55,792 nt of DNA from Clostridia bacterium. Its GTDB lineage: Bacteria > Bacillota > Clostridia > Oscillospirales > CAG-272. Position numbers and translations under genes: made by a program. The stretch is from positions 1 to 55,792 of the forward strand of contig JAFXKJ010000156.1 in assembly GCA_017531765.1 (NCBI GenBank), read 5' to 3'. Of this stretch, positions 39,144-48,313 are shown piece after piece (position 1 is the first letter of the stretch; every line of letters starts with the position of its first letter). A model generated the notes under the pieces. That model worked only from the letters and a program-made list of their open reading frames with translations, was not told where the DNA came from and did no database searches.

Positions 39144-40523
39144 ATGGATAATAGTCTGCTAAGTAAGCTCGCGGCATATGCCAAGGAAGATCACCTTCCA
39201 ATGCATATGCCGGGGCATAAAAGGTGCGGCGAATTTCCGTATTCGGCACCTTTACCCTTTCAGCTTGACATTACCGAAATCTACGGCTTTGACGATCTAA
39301 ATCATCCGTCTGAATTATTTTCGGAAAGTCAGAGTCTTGCCGCCTCCCTTTGGGGCAGTGATGAGTGCATCTACTCAGTAAACGGAAGCTCAGGTGCTGT
39401 GCTTGCGGCAATTCGGGGTACGCTGGTGGGCAAAAAAGGCGGGAAGGTGCTCATGTCGCGGGGATGCCACAAATCCGTGTACAACGGAGTGGAGCTGTGC
39501 GGCGCTGTACCCGTTTATCTGTCGCATAGGGTCAATTCATACGGCTTTTTCGGTGAAGTCTCCCCTGACGAAGTTGGGGAAAAGATTCGAGAAAATCCCG
39601 ACACTTCCCTTGTTATCATAACAAGCCCCACATATGAGGGCGTAATGTCGGACGTGAGGAAAATAGCGCAGATCTGCCACAGTGCGGGGGTTCCGCTTAT
39701 GGTTGACGAGGCTCACGGGGCACATCTCTCCCTTCACGGAGTTTTCCCCGAAGGTGCCGTCGCCTCAGGGGCAGACATTGCAGTTCAAAGTATTCACAAG
39801 ACCCTTCCCAGTCTCACCCAAACAGCGCTCCTTCATCTCAGCGGAAGCATTGTGCGTAAATCAGAAGTAAGACGTCAGATGGGTGTCTTCCAGACCACAA
39901 GCCCGTCGTATATTCTCTCTGCATCCATAGATGCCGCGGTGAGGTATTTAGCATCGGACAAGGGCAAGCTCAGGCTTCGGAAATGGTATGAAGCCGTAAG
40001 ATGCGCGAGGGAGCGACTCTCTCATATGACAAATTTGACTCTCTTCCAAAGCGAATGCTGCGACGTGTCAAAGCTTGTTATTTGCGGCGCGGGAGTTGAG
40101 CTTTCGGACCATTTAAGGCGAAAATACAAAATAGAGCTTGAAATGGCATCTCTGTCCTACGTTATCGCCATGACGGGAATGGGCGACAATAGTGAAACGC
40201 TTGACAGGTTTACCCGAAGTCTCCTTGCGGTCGACGGAATTTTGAATGAAAAGGCAAGCTGTCCTCAATTGACACTGAAAGTCCCACGTCAGGTAATGAT
40301 ACCCACATCGGCAATGGAGCTTGATAGTGAGTACATTCCGCTTTGCGATGCTTCGGGCAGGATCGCGGCTGACTATGTTTATGCTTATCCTCCGGGGGTC
40401 CCCATGATAATTCCGGGGGAGCTGTGCGATAGCGACTTAATATCAAGCATTGAAGCGCTGAAAAGCGGAAACGTCTCAATAAAAGGAATAAAAAGCGGAA
40501 AAATAAAAGTAATAAAAGAATAA
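39144..40523 (+). CDS. Orn/Lys/Arg decarboxylase family PLP enzyme
   Basis: HMPGHK, NGSS, SPTYEG, VDEAHGAH, QSIHKTLP, YPPGVP. Confidence 0.92.
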   Translation: MDNSLLSKLAAYAKEDHLPMHMPGHKRCGEFPYSAPLPFQLDITEIYGFDDLNHPSELFSESQSLAASLWGSDECIYSVNGSSGAVLAAIRGTLVGKKGGKVLMSRGCHKSVYNGVELCGAVPVYLSHRVNSYGFFGEVSPDEVGEKIRENPDTSLVIITSPTYEGVMSDVRKIAQICHSAGVPLMVDEAHGAHLSLHGVFPEGAVASGADIAVQSIHKTLPSLTQTALLHLSGSIVRKSEVRRQMGVFQTTSPSYILSASIDAAVRYLASDKGKLRLRKWYEAVRCARERLSHMTNLTLFQSECCDVSKLVICGAGVELSDHLRRKYKIELEMASLSYVIAMTGMGDNSETLDRFTRSLLAVDGILNEKASCPQLTLKVPRQVMIPTSAMELDSEYIPLCDASGRIAADYVYAYPPGVPMIIPGELCDSDLISSIEALKSGNVSIKGIKSGKIKVIKE

Positions 40524-40545
40524 TTTTGTCATTGGTGTAATATAT

Positions 40546-40752
40546 ATGAACAGTAAAAACAAATATCACGGAATTTGCGAGGAATGTGAATATTACGACA
40601 TATCGGACGATCCCGACGACCTTGGCGAGAAGTACTGTCACGCAGACCTGGACGAAGACGATTACAGAATGTACCTCTCGGGGGATTTCAGCAGAGGCTG
40701 TCCCTACTTCAAGCCCTACGACGAATACAAGGTAGTAGCAAAACAAAATTAG
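40546..40752 (+). CDS. Small Cys-rich hypothetical protein (DUF6472-like)
   Basis: CEECEYY...C..DLDEDD...CPYF...DEYKVVAKQN. Confidence 0.75.
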   Translation: MNSKNKYHGICEECEYYDISDDPDDLGEKYCHADLDEDDYRMYLSGDFSRGCPYFKPYDEYKVVAKQN

Positions 40753-40861
40753 CGAAATTCACCCTACTATATAAAACCATCTTGACAAAAACGGGATTTT
40801 GGTATAAAATATAGTCAGTATAGGAATGCTAAATTTGAAAGAAAGGCATGGACCACTAAAA

Positions 40862-41158
40862 ATGGATAACAACGAAATCTACGATCCTGAAATTTATACA
40901 CTGACAGACGAGGACGGAAACGAGCTTAATTTTGCTCTTCTCGCATCTCTTGAGCACGAGGGCGCTGAGTACAAGGCTCTCATTCCCGTTGACGAAAACG
41001 GCGAGGAGACCAGCGACGAGTACGTAATTCTCAAGGTTGGTACAGATGAGGACGGCGAGGCTGTTCTTGAGACCATCGAAGATGACGACGAGTTCGACAG
41101 AATCGCTGACATTTTCGACGATGAGTTCGCTGACGTTTTCTACGACGATCAGGACTGA
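40862..41158 (+). CDS. DUF1292-like acidic protein
   Basis: TLTDEDGNE.F, Y.AL.P, LETIEDDDEFDRI; promoter TTGACA-17-TAAAAT at 40782-40810. Confidence 0.8.
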   Translation: MDNNEIYDPEIYTLTDEDGNELNFALLASLEHEGAEYKALIPVDENGEETSDEYVILKVGTDEDGEAVLETIEDDDEFDRIADIFDDEFADVFYDDQD

Positions 41159-41169
41159 TTTTCAAAAAA

Positions 41170-41386
41170 GAACCCTGCGGTGTTCGACCGAAAGCGATAA
41201 AAACCCACAAAGAGTAAAAAGGAGCCCGGGCTTCGCACGTGAGGATGCAGACCTCCCTTTATCTCCATCGCGCATTCTGCGCCTCTGAGGTAAAAGGAAG
41301 CTGGGAGCACGAACCGTACGAGAGGGCACCGCCCTTGCAGAAGAGCAGGGTTTCTTCTTCGCTTTCATCGGCACACGCGGGGATTT
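41170..41386 (+). ncRNA. ssrS: Probable 6S RNA
   Basis: About 215-nt rod: 5' CCCTGCGGTGTTCGACCGAAAGCGA pairs with 3' TCGCTTTCATCGGCACACGCGGGG; A-rich internal bubble; GGAGC and GGGCACC elements typical of Firmicutes 6S. Confidence 0.7.
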
Positions 41387-41390
41387 TATT

Positions 41391-41514
41391 TTTCAACATG
41401 ATTAGCAAAATCATGTTGAAAGTGAAATATCATGATTCGTTGAATCATGATATGAAATTTTCGGCTTCGCCGAAAGTGAAATTGATATTCGCAAAATGCA
41501 AATATCAGTGAAAT
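41391..41514. repeat. Array of four hairpins each followed by RTGAAAT
   Basis: Hairpins 41391-421, 41429-451, 41459-475, 41483-507; linkers GTGAAAT/ATGAAAT at 41422, 41452, 41476, 41508. Confidence 0.85.
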
Positions 41515-41559
41515 ATTTTCTTTTGTCGATATGACAAAAGAAAATGTGAGGTAATTATT

Positions 41560-41988
41560 ATGGAGAATTTTAATGAGTATTTTTTGAAAGATCGTAGGGT
41601 CTTTCTCGAAAACATAAACTACGAAACAGTCAAGGCTGAGACCATGGAGCCTCAGCGGCGTCTCGGGTGTCGCGATACTGTGGTAGCTCAGCTCATCGGG
41701 GATCGCGGTGTTAAGATAATCTTCAACAGAAGGCTTAATTTTGAACCTGAGGCTCTCTTCACCCTCTCAGTTTCATTCGGAGTGTTCCTCCGTTTTGATC
41801 CTACACGTTACGGTGAAGTGAATTGGAAAGAGGTAAACATAGTCAAGCAGTTTACAAGTGACTGCCCTGCTCTCATGAGTGAGCTTAACGCGAGAACGAC
41901 CATGATGGTGGCTCAGATTACAGCGGCATCAGGCGGTGTGCCTATCGTTACGGGTAATCCTCACGATGCCAAAGGAAATACACAGTAA
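41560..41988 (+). CDS. Hypothetical protein, possibly SecB-like fold
   Basis: 142 aa; beta-rich N-terminus, FTLSVSFGVF, C-terminal AQITAASGGVPIV. Confidence 0.6.
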   Translation: MENFNEYFLKDRRVFLENINYETVKAETMEPQRRLGCRDTVVAQLIGDRGVKIIFNRRLNFEPEALFTLSVSFGVFLRFDPTRYGEVNWKEVNIVKQFTSDCPALMSELNARTTMMVAQITAASGGVPIVTGNPHDAKGNTQ

Positions 41989-42021
41989 AAAATCGTACTT
42001 CGCATTGAAGTACGATTTTTT
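41987..42021. terminator. Bidirectional terminator
   Basis: AAAAAATCGTACTTC-GCATT-GAAGTACGATTTTTT between convergent genes. Confidence 0.9.
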
Positions 42022-42088
42022 ACTGCAATGATGGGATTGTCACATTTAGATTGAGAAGACGTATACCTCGTCAGAGATATATCTTTTA

Positions 42089-43072
42089 TCAAAGCATACT
42101 TGCTCTCAGCTCATCTGCGCTCTTCATGCTGAGATATGCGGGAGCGATGTCGAACACTGTCTTACAACCGCTGACGCCCTCTGTGTGAAGTCTGAACGCC
42201 GCACGTGCATATGCTACGATGACGGAAGCTGTAAACTCGGGATTGGAGTCAAGCTTTAAGCTATATTCGATGATGTGATTATGCTCAAGATCAAAGCCTG
42301 TTTTACCGGAACGGATAACGAAGCCTCCGTGGGGGATACCGCTATGCTCACGGAGAAGCTCTTCCTCCGTAATAAAATGGACTGTTGTGTCGTAATCCGC
42401 GAAGTAGTTTGGCATTGTCTTGATCTCGCGCTCAATACGTTCAAGGTCAGCGCCCTCCTCGGCTACCACAAAACACTCGCGTATGTGCTTCTCACGTGTG
42501 GTAAGTTCGGGAGCAGTACCGCTTCTTACTGCATCCAGTGCACTTTCCACAGGAATGGTATACTGTTTTCCGTTTTTAACTCCGTCAATTCTGCGGATAG
42601 CATCGGAGTGACCCTGGCTTACGCCCTTACCCCAGAAGGTATAATCCTTACCGTCGGGAAGGATAGCGGATGCGTAAAGTCTGTTGAGCGAGAACATTCC
42701 CGGGTCCCAGCCGACAGATATAATGCCAACCTTACCCGATGCCCCTGCTGCCTTGTCAACAGCGGCAAAATGCTGTGGGATCTTCGCGTGAGTGTCAAAG
42801 CTGTCAACTACGCAAAAATGTTCAGCAAGAGCCGGGGTCTGCACAGGCAGATCGGTAGCACTACCTCCGCAGAGGATCATAACATCGATCTTATCTTTCA
42901 TACTGAGAACGTCATCCGCGGAGATCACGGGAACGCCTTCTGTCATAATTTTCAAAGTATTCGGAGCACGGCGAGTAAATACTGCCACAAGTGTCATATC
43001 AGGGTTCTGCCTGATGGCAGCTTCCACACCTCTGCCGAGATTTCCGTAACCGAATATACCAATACGAATCAT
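42089..43072 (-). CDS. ddh: meso-Diaminopimelate D-dehydrogenase
   Basis: GYGNLGRG, CGGSATDL, DSFDTH, GWDPG, FWGKGVSQGHS, PHGG, SNPEFTA. Confidence 0.96.
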   Translation of the reverse strand: MIRIGIFGYGNLGRGVEAAIRQNPDMTLVAVFTRRAPNTLKIMTEGVPVISADDVLSMKDKIDVMILCGGSATDLPVQTPALAEHFCVVDSFDTHAKIPQHFAAVDKAAGASGKVGIISVGWDPGMFSLNRLYASAILPDGKDYTFWGKGVSQGHSDAIRRIDGVKNGKQYTIPVESALDAVRSGTAPELTTREKHIRECFVVAEEGADLERIEREIKTMPNYFADYDTTVHFITEEELLREHSGIPHGGFVIRSGKTGFDLEHNHIIEYSLKLDSNPEFTASVIVAYARAAFRLHTEGVSGCKTVFDIAPAYLSMKSADELRASML

Positions 43073-43228
43073 TTGAATCAATACCTTTCTTTAGGGTGTC
43101 AAAAGACACGAAAAAACTATGCTATATTCTATCACAAATTTTATGAAAATTCAATCGTTACGGTAAAATATTATAAAAATTATGTCTTCGAGTCAAGCCT
43201 GACACTTCACCCGTATATTCTTGAGCCC

Positions 43229-43262
43229 AAAAAAATCGGAACCCGATCAAACGGGTTCCGAT
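43229..43262 (-). terminator. Intrinsic terminator
   Basis: AAAAAATCGGAACCCG-ATCAAA-CGGGTTCCGAT. Confidence 0.8.
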
Positions 43263-43272
43263 CATTTTCAGC

Positions 43273-44817
43273 TTACTTATCGTTTTCAATATTCTTTAGA
43301 ATATCAGCGATATTATTATTTACGGTTCTCGCCTGCATCTTGTACCTGGATGAGATACCCTGGTTTGTTTCCTGGATAGCACACTTGATCGTTCTTACGT
43401 ATGCACCGTCGCCGTTGTTACTTCCGTCTTTAACGAGGAAGTCGATGATATCGTATACCTTTGTTTCAAAGATAATATCGATCATATCTTTGGAAGCCTT
43501 GTCATATGTGGAACGACCCTGGAGAAGGTTATCGTAATATGCAGGCTTGATATAACGGAGACCGAGAGCTGCCATAGCCTCAAGGATTACACCTGTTACA
43601 GTGGGATCCTTTGTTGTCTTGGGAACGAATACGTTGAACGCAGACCAAGGCTCAGCGAAGGAAATATAATTTTCCTGAGCTGTGCTTCCCTTGGGAAGCG
43701 GAAGGATACCGAACTCTACGTCTTCTTCACGGAGATCCGCAGCAGCACCGGTTGTGGCGAAGTAGAAGAGAATATTGTTCTTTACGAACATTTCCTGAGT
43801 ACCCTCAAATCCGTCGTACTTTTCCTCAAAGCTTTCGGCTGTTGAATGATCAAGAACGCCCTTGGTGTGAACTGTCTGAGCATCGTCACCGAAAACCGCA
43901 GAGAACTTGTCAGAAAGGTCAGAAAGCTCCTTGGGATATGCCTCGGGAACATAAGGAGTGGAGTCCGTATTGAATCTGGTAATAGAGTAGTCATTTGCAT
44001 AAAGAATTGCAAGACCGTTAGGAGCTGAATATCTGTATGCACCTGCGCCGCTTTCGTTTTTGGGGATTTCGGAGGCAACCTCGAACATCTTATCAAACGT
44101 CCATGAGCCGTCCTTTACGTAGCTGTACAGATCTCCCACGTTATAGTCTGTAGCAACCTGCTTATTAAAGAGAACTGCGTGGGTATCGGTGTAGTTTGAA
44201 GATACAATAGCACCGTTAAGGAAGTATGTAGCACCGTTGATGTGGTATGTGTCAAGAAGGGATGCAGTCCACCACTTGTTGGAGAAGTCTATTCCGTCAA
44301 GTGTGCCGGCATCGGTAAGTGTATTGTTTGAAAAGAGAGGCTGACATACGGCAACGGGCGTTCCGTAACCCGCATCATATGCATTTGAGCCTGCCATAAC
44401 ATCTTTTTTTACAACTTCAACTACGGGGTGAGTTCCGGAGTCTCCGCCTTCAATAGCTTCAGGCTGATAGTTTTCCCATGAGATCTTGAATTTTTCTTCG
44501 ATGTCTCTCTGACGGTAATAAAGCGCGTCCTGAGCAACGTCACCCGTTTCCTCAGAATCAGTAGGAGCCTGAGAACCGCCGCCGATCCATACGAATGACT
44601 TACCGCTGAAATCGTTGTCTTCCGCAAGCTCATCCACGTAAGCCATGATCTCAGCACGCTCTTTTTTCTCTTCTTCAGTGAGCTTGTCATCTCCGGAAGA
44701 TGCGTTTCCTAAAATAGGAGCCGTAGTGGATACAGCTTCTCCTTCGCTACCGCAAGAAACCACCATCGGAAGAATCATCAGAATCACAAGAGTGAGCGCT
44801 ATGATTTTCTTTAACAT
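43273..44817 (-). CDS. Extracellular solute-binding lipoprotein (paralog 3)
   Basis: Lipobox VVSC; ETGD..DALYYRQ, WTFDKMFE, EFGILPLPK, PAYYD. Confidence 0.8.
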   Translation of the reverse strand: MLKKIIALTLVILMILPMVVSCGSEGEAVSTTAPILGNASSGDDKLTEEEKKERAEIMAYVDELAEDNDFSGKSFVWIGGGSQAPTDSEETGDVAQDALYYRQRDIEEKFKISWENYQPEAIEGGDSGTHPVVEVVKKDVMAGSNAYDAGYGTPVAVCQPLFSNNTLTDAGTLDGIDFSNKWWTASLLDTYHINGATYFLNGAIVSSNYTDTHAVLFNKQVATDYNVGDLYSYVKDGSWTFDKMFEVASEIPKNESGAGAYRYSAPNGLAILYANDYSITRFNTDSTPYVPEAYPKELSDLSDKFSAVFGDDAQTVHTKGVLDHSTAESFEEKYDGFEGTQEMFVKNNILFYFATTGAAADLREEDVEFGILPLPKGSTAQENYISFAEPWSAFNVFVPKTTKDPTVTGVILEAMAALGLRYIKPAYYDNLLQGRSTYDKASKDMIDIIFETKVYDIIDFLVKDGSNNGDGAYVRTIKCAIQETNQGISSRYKMQARTVNNNIADILKNIENDK

Positions 44818-45013
44818 GATTTATCTCCTTATAAATTTATTTCGAAGTCATTTCTGACAACTTCGCAAAATAATTATATCACAAACTGCGTTCCATTTCA
44901 ACCAAAAAAAACTGTCAACTTGTTTTTTCCCGTTTTGCACATATTCTTCAGATGTTTTTCGTTGAAATTCACAATGAAAGCACTTAACATCCAAGTCGCG
45001 GGGTCACTGTACT

Positions 45014-46543
45014 TTACGATGTCCCCAACTGATCTTTTTCAATATTTTCAAGCAGGCTTTTGATACTTCGGTTTACATTTTTGGCTTGAAGCATATACCG
45101 CGACGTAAAGCTGTCATTGTTTTCCTGGAGCCCCGCGATCACAACCTTTACGAAATCGGTTTCCTGGTTAATACCGCCCTCTACCGCAAGGAAATCCACA
45201 AGATCATATATTTTCGATTCAAAAATGATATCTATCATATCTCTTGAATCGTGGTCGTACATGGAACGGTATTTCAGCAGCTTATCATAATACGCGGGTT
45301 TTATGTATTTTCTGCCCAGCGCCGCAAGCACTTCTATCATGAGGTCGGTAAATTCGTGATCCTTATTGGACTTCGGAACAAACACATTTACCGTTCCCCA
45401 GTTATCTGTTGAAGAAATATAGTTCTCTTGATTTTTGTCCCCCTTTGGCATGGGAAGAATTCCGAACTCGACTTTATATTTTCTCAGCTCGGCAGCATCC
45501 CCCGTGGTAAGATTATAAAACAGGAAATCTCCTCTTTCAAACATTTCGTTGAAATTTTCAAATCCGTACTTCTTCTCCACGCTCTCGCGTTTTGTTCCCC
45601 AACGGTACTTGATATTGGCAGAAACAGAGTCATCCGCATAAATACTGCAGAGCTTCTCCGACAGATCGTACAACTCCTTCGGTATCGCGGTTTCAATGTA
45701 CGGAGAGCCCGTTTCATCATATGACGTCAAAGTAATCCCATGGGCATACATTGCCGCAAGTCCGCTGGGATTTCCGAAACGGTATGCACCGGCTCCGTTT
45801 TCGTTTTGGGGAATTACCGAGGCAACCTCAAACATCTTATCAAAAGTCCACTCATCGTTATAGACGAGATCGTATAGGTTTTCGATACCGTAGTCAAGAA
45901 CGATCTGCTTGTTGAAGGCAAAGCAATACGTATCCTCGTAGTACGTCGTGACGATCGGACCGTTGAGAAAGTACATCGAACCGTTTATTGAATAGTTGTC
46001 CTCAATATGCTTCGGCCACCATTCGCGATCAAAATCAATGATGTCGTAATTGGATACGTCGTACAGTGTATTTTTTACAAGCAACGGCTGTACAACCTGG
46101 ATCGTGGTTCCGTAACAGGCATTATACGCACCGTTACCCGACATTACATCCGCCATAACATAATCGTACACTGAATAATTCTCGGTTATTCCGTCATGGA
46201 CTGTAACCACATTATTCCAGGTAATGCCGAACTTTTCTTCGATCTCACGCTGTCTGAAGTAAAGTGCATCGTTGCGGATATCTCCCGTTTCCTCTTCTTT
46301 TTCGGGATATTGCCATTGGTTTCCGCACCAGGTAAAGGTCTTTCCCGCGCAGTCGTCAAACCAATCCTCAGAAAGCTTATTTATGTATTTATCAACGTCC
46401 GTTATGAGTTCGGAATCTATCTCATATGTGACCGCCTCCTGAGACAGTGTTGCACCCTCGTTTCCGTTTCCGCCTCCGCAAGACGTAAGATACGGAACGG
46501 TACACAGCACTGCAAGGAGTAAAGCCGTAATTTTTTTAATCAT
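45014..46543 (-). CDS. Extracellular solute-binding lipoprotein (paralog 2; start moved to MIKKITA)
   Basis: Lipobox LTSC; same motifs as its neighbours. Confidence 0.8.
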   Translation of the reverse strand: MIKKITALLLAVLCTVPYLTSCGGGNGNEGATLSQEAVTYEIDSELITDVDKYINKLSEDWFDDCAGKTFTWCGNQWQYPEKEEETGDIRNDALYFRQREIEEKFGITWNNVVTVHDGITENYSVYDYVMADVMSGNGAYNACYGTTIQVVQPLLVKNTLYDVSNYDIIDFDREWWPKHIEDNYSINGSMYFLNGPIVTTYYEDTYCFAFNKQIVLDYGIENLYDLVYNDEWTFDKMFEVASVIPQNENGAGAYRFGNPSGLAAMYAHGITLTSYDETGSPYIETAIPKELYDLSEKLCSIYADDSVSANIKYRWGTKRESVEKKYGFENFNEMFERGDFLFYNLTTGDAAELRKYKVEFGILPMPKGDKNQENYISSTDNWGTVNVFVPKSNKDHEFTDLMIEVLAALGRKYIKPAYYDKLLKYRSMYDHDSRDMIDIIFESKIYDLVDFLAVEGGINQETDFVKVVIAGLQENNDSFTSRYMLQAKNVNRSIKSLLENIEKDQLGTS

Positions 46544-46565
46544 CTTAGGTATCCTCCGTGAAAGC

Positions 46566-48101
46566 TCAGTACGACTGATCCCTTTCAACCATTTTCCTTA
46601 TCCTATTTATATTTTTGTTCACTGTTTTTGCCTGCATTTTGTAACGCGAAACAAAGCTTGACGCATTTTCGTCAATCGCCCCGCGTACGATGCGGACAAA
46701 GTCGCTGTCCATATTGATACTTCCGCCGATTGCGACAAAATCAATTATATCGTAACGCTTGGTTTCGAAAATTATGTCAATCATTCCCTTGGAGTCGTAA
46801 TCGTAGGTGGATCTGCTTTTCAGAATCATATCGTAATATGCGGGTTTTATGTATTTGTACCCGAGGGATGCAAGAGCTTCAAGCATCACGTCAGTCATTT
46901 CAATGTCCTTCGCGGATTTGGGAACAAATACATTGGAGGCTCCCCACGTACCCGTACCTGATATGTAGTTTGGCTGTGAGGCGTCACCCTTGGGAATTGG
47001 GAGAATACCGAATTCCACGTCGTACACTCGGAGCCATGCAGCCTCACCGGTAGTCAGGAAATAGAAAAGGAAATTTCCTTTGGCGAACATCTCGCTGTAA
47101 TCCTCATACCCGTACTTGTTGATGCACCACTCTCTCTCCGTAAAGCCGCCATAGTCACCTTTACTTGATGCGCATATGGCCTCATCTCCGTATATCTGTG
47201 AGAATTTCTCAGCTAAATCATAGACACCTCTCGAAACGCTTTCATCAACGTAAGGATATCCGTACTCATCATACTCTGTCAACGAATATCCGTGTGCATA
47301 AAGCGTTGCGATTCCGTCGGGGTTCCCGAAGCGATATACACCCGATCCGTTTTCGTTGGTGGGAATTACAGAGGCAATCTCAAGCATCTTGTCAAAGGTC
47401 CACAGGTTATCGTACACCAGAGCATAGAGATCCTCCAGATCATACTCATGGGCAATCTCTTTATTAAAGGCGATACAGCACGTGTCCTCGTAATTCGACG
47501 TTACAATAGCTCCGTTGAGGAAATAAAGGGATCCGCCTATGGAGTAAAAATCCATCAGTCCGGGTGTCCACCACTCACGATTCAGGTCAAGATACTGAAA
47601 ATCGCTGACATCCATGAGCACGTTCTGAATAAAAAGCGGCTGTGCGATGGCTATTGTAGTACCGTAGCACAGGTCGTAAGCGCCGACACCCGAAAGAACG
47701 TCCTGAAGCACGTGATCGTACACGCCCTGATTACCCGTGCCGAGATCCGGTGGCCAGAAATTGACCCAGTCAACGCCAAAATGCTCTTCTATCTCTCGCT
47801 GTCTGTAGTAAAGGGAATCGTTGCGTATATCCCCCGTTTCCTCTTCCCTTTCGGGAGCCTGACCTTCGTTGCCGCACCAGGTAAAGGTTCTTCCGTTAAA
47901 GTCACATTCGCTTGACAGATCGTCAATATAACTGTCAACCTCGGGATTATCGAAGGACACAAACTGTTTTTCGTCACTGTCACTCTGAATCTTCACGGTC
48001 TGTACCGGTTCAGGACTGTCATTGCCGCCATCGGAGCAGGATGCCAAAAGCATCAGGAGTGCAATGACAATAGCTGTAATGGATAAAAATCTGCTTTTCA
48101 C
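46566..48101 (-). CDS. Extracellular solute-binding lipoprotein (paralog 1)
   Basis: Lipobox LASC; same motifs as its neighbours. Confidence 0.8.
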   Translation of the reverse strand: MKSRFLSITAIVIALLMLLASCSDGGNDSPEPVQTVKIQSDSDEKQFVSFDNPEVDSYIDDLSSECDFNGRTFTWCGNEGQAPEREEETGDIRNDSLYYRQREIEEHFGVDWVNFWPPDLGTGNQGVYDHVLQDVLSGVGAYDLCYGTTIAIAQPLFIQNVLMDVSDFQYLDLNREWWTPGLMDFYSIGGSLYFLNGAIVTSNYEDTCCIAFNKEIAHEYDLEDLYALVYDNLWTFDKMLEIASVIPTNENGSGVYRFGNPDGIATLYAHGYSLTEYDEYGYPYVDESVSRGVYDLAEKFSQIYGDEAICASSKGDYGGFTEREWCINKYGYEDYSEMFAKGNFLFYFLTTGEAAWLRVYDVEFGILPIPKGDASQPNYISGTGTWGASNVFVPKSAKDIEMTDVMLEALASLGYKYIKPAYYDMILKSRSTYDYDSKGMIDIIFETKRYDIIDFVAIGGSINMDSDFVRIVRGAIDENASSFVSRYKMQAKTVNKNINRIRKMVERDQSY

Positions 48102-48232
48102 AACATACCCCCGAATTAATGTTTACTCATTATATTTTATCATATTATTATCATTTTTTCATCAGTTTTAATGAAATTTTAATATTTTATTTCTTCATCG
48201 CATTTCATTTATACCGGCGTCCGTCGTTTCTC

Positions 48233-48261
48233 TTGACATATACGTCTTTTTTTGGTATCAT
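48233..48261 (+). promoter_or_regulatory. Sigma-A promoter
   Basis: TTGACA-17bp-TATCAT with TG extension. Confidence 0.7.
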
Positions 48262-48313
48262 ATAAGTAAGGAAATATAATTGCCGACACCACGTCGGCAG
48301 AACGGAGTAATTT

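Noticed and set aside
41162-41511. ORFs 41162-41374 and 41239-41511
   Set aside because: Overlap the 6S-like RNA and hairpin array; no SD, and composition is not protein-like
42275-43537. 420-aa plus-strand ORF over ddh and an SBP gene
   Set aside because: Antisense to two well-supported genes and crosses a terminator; no recognisable domain
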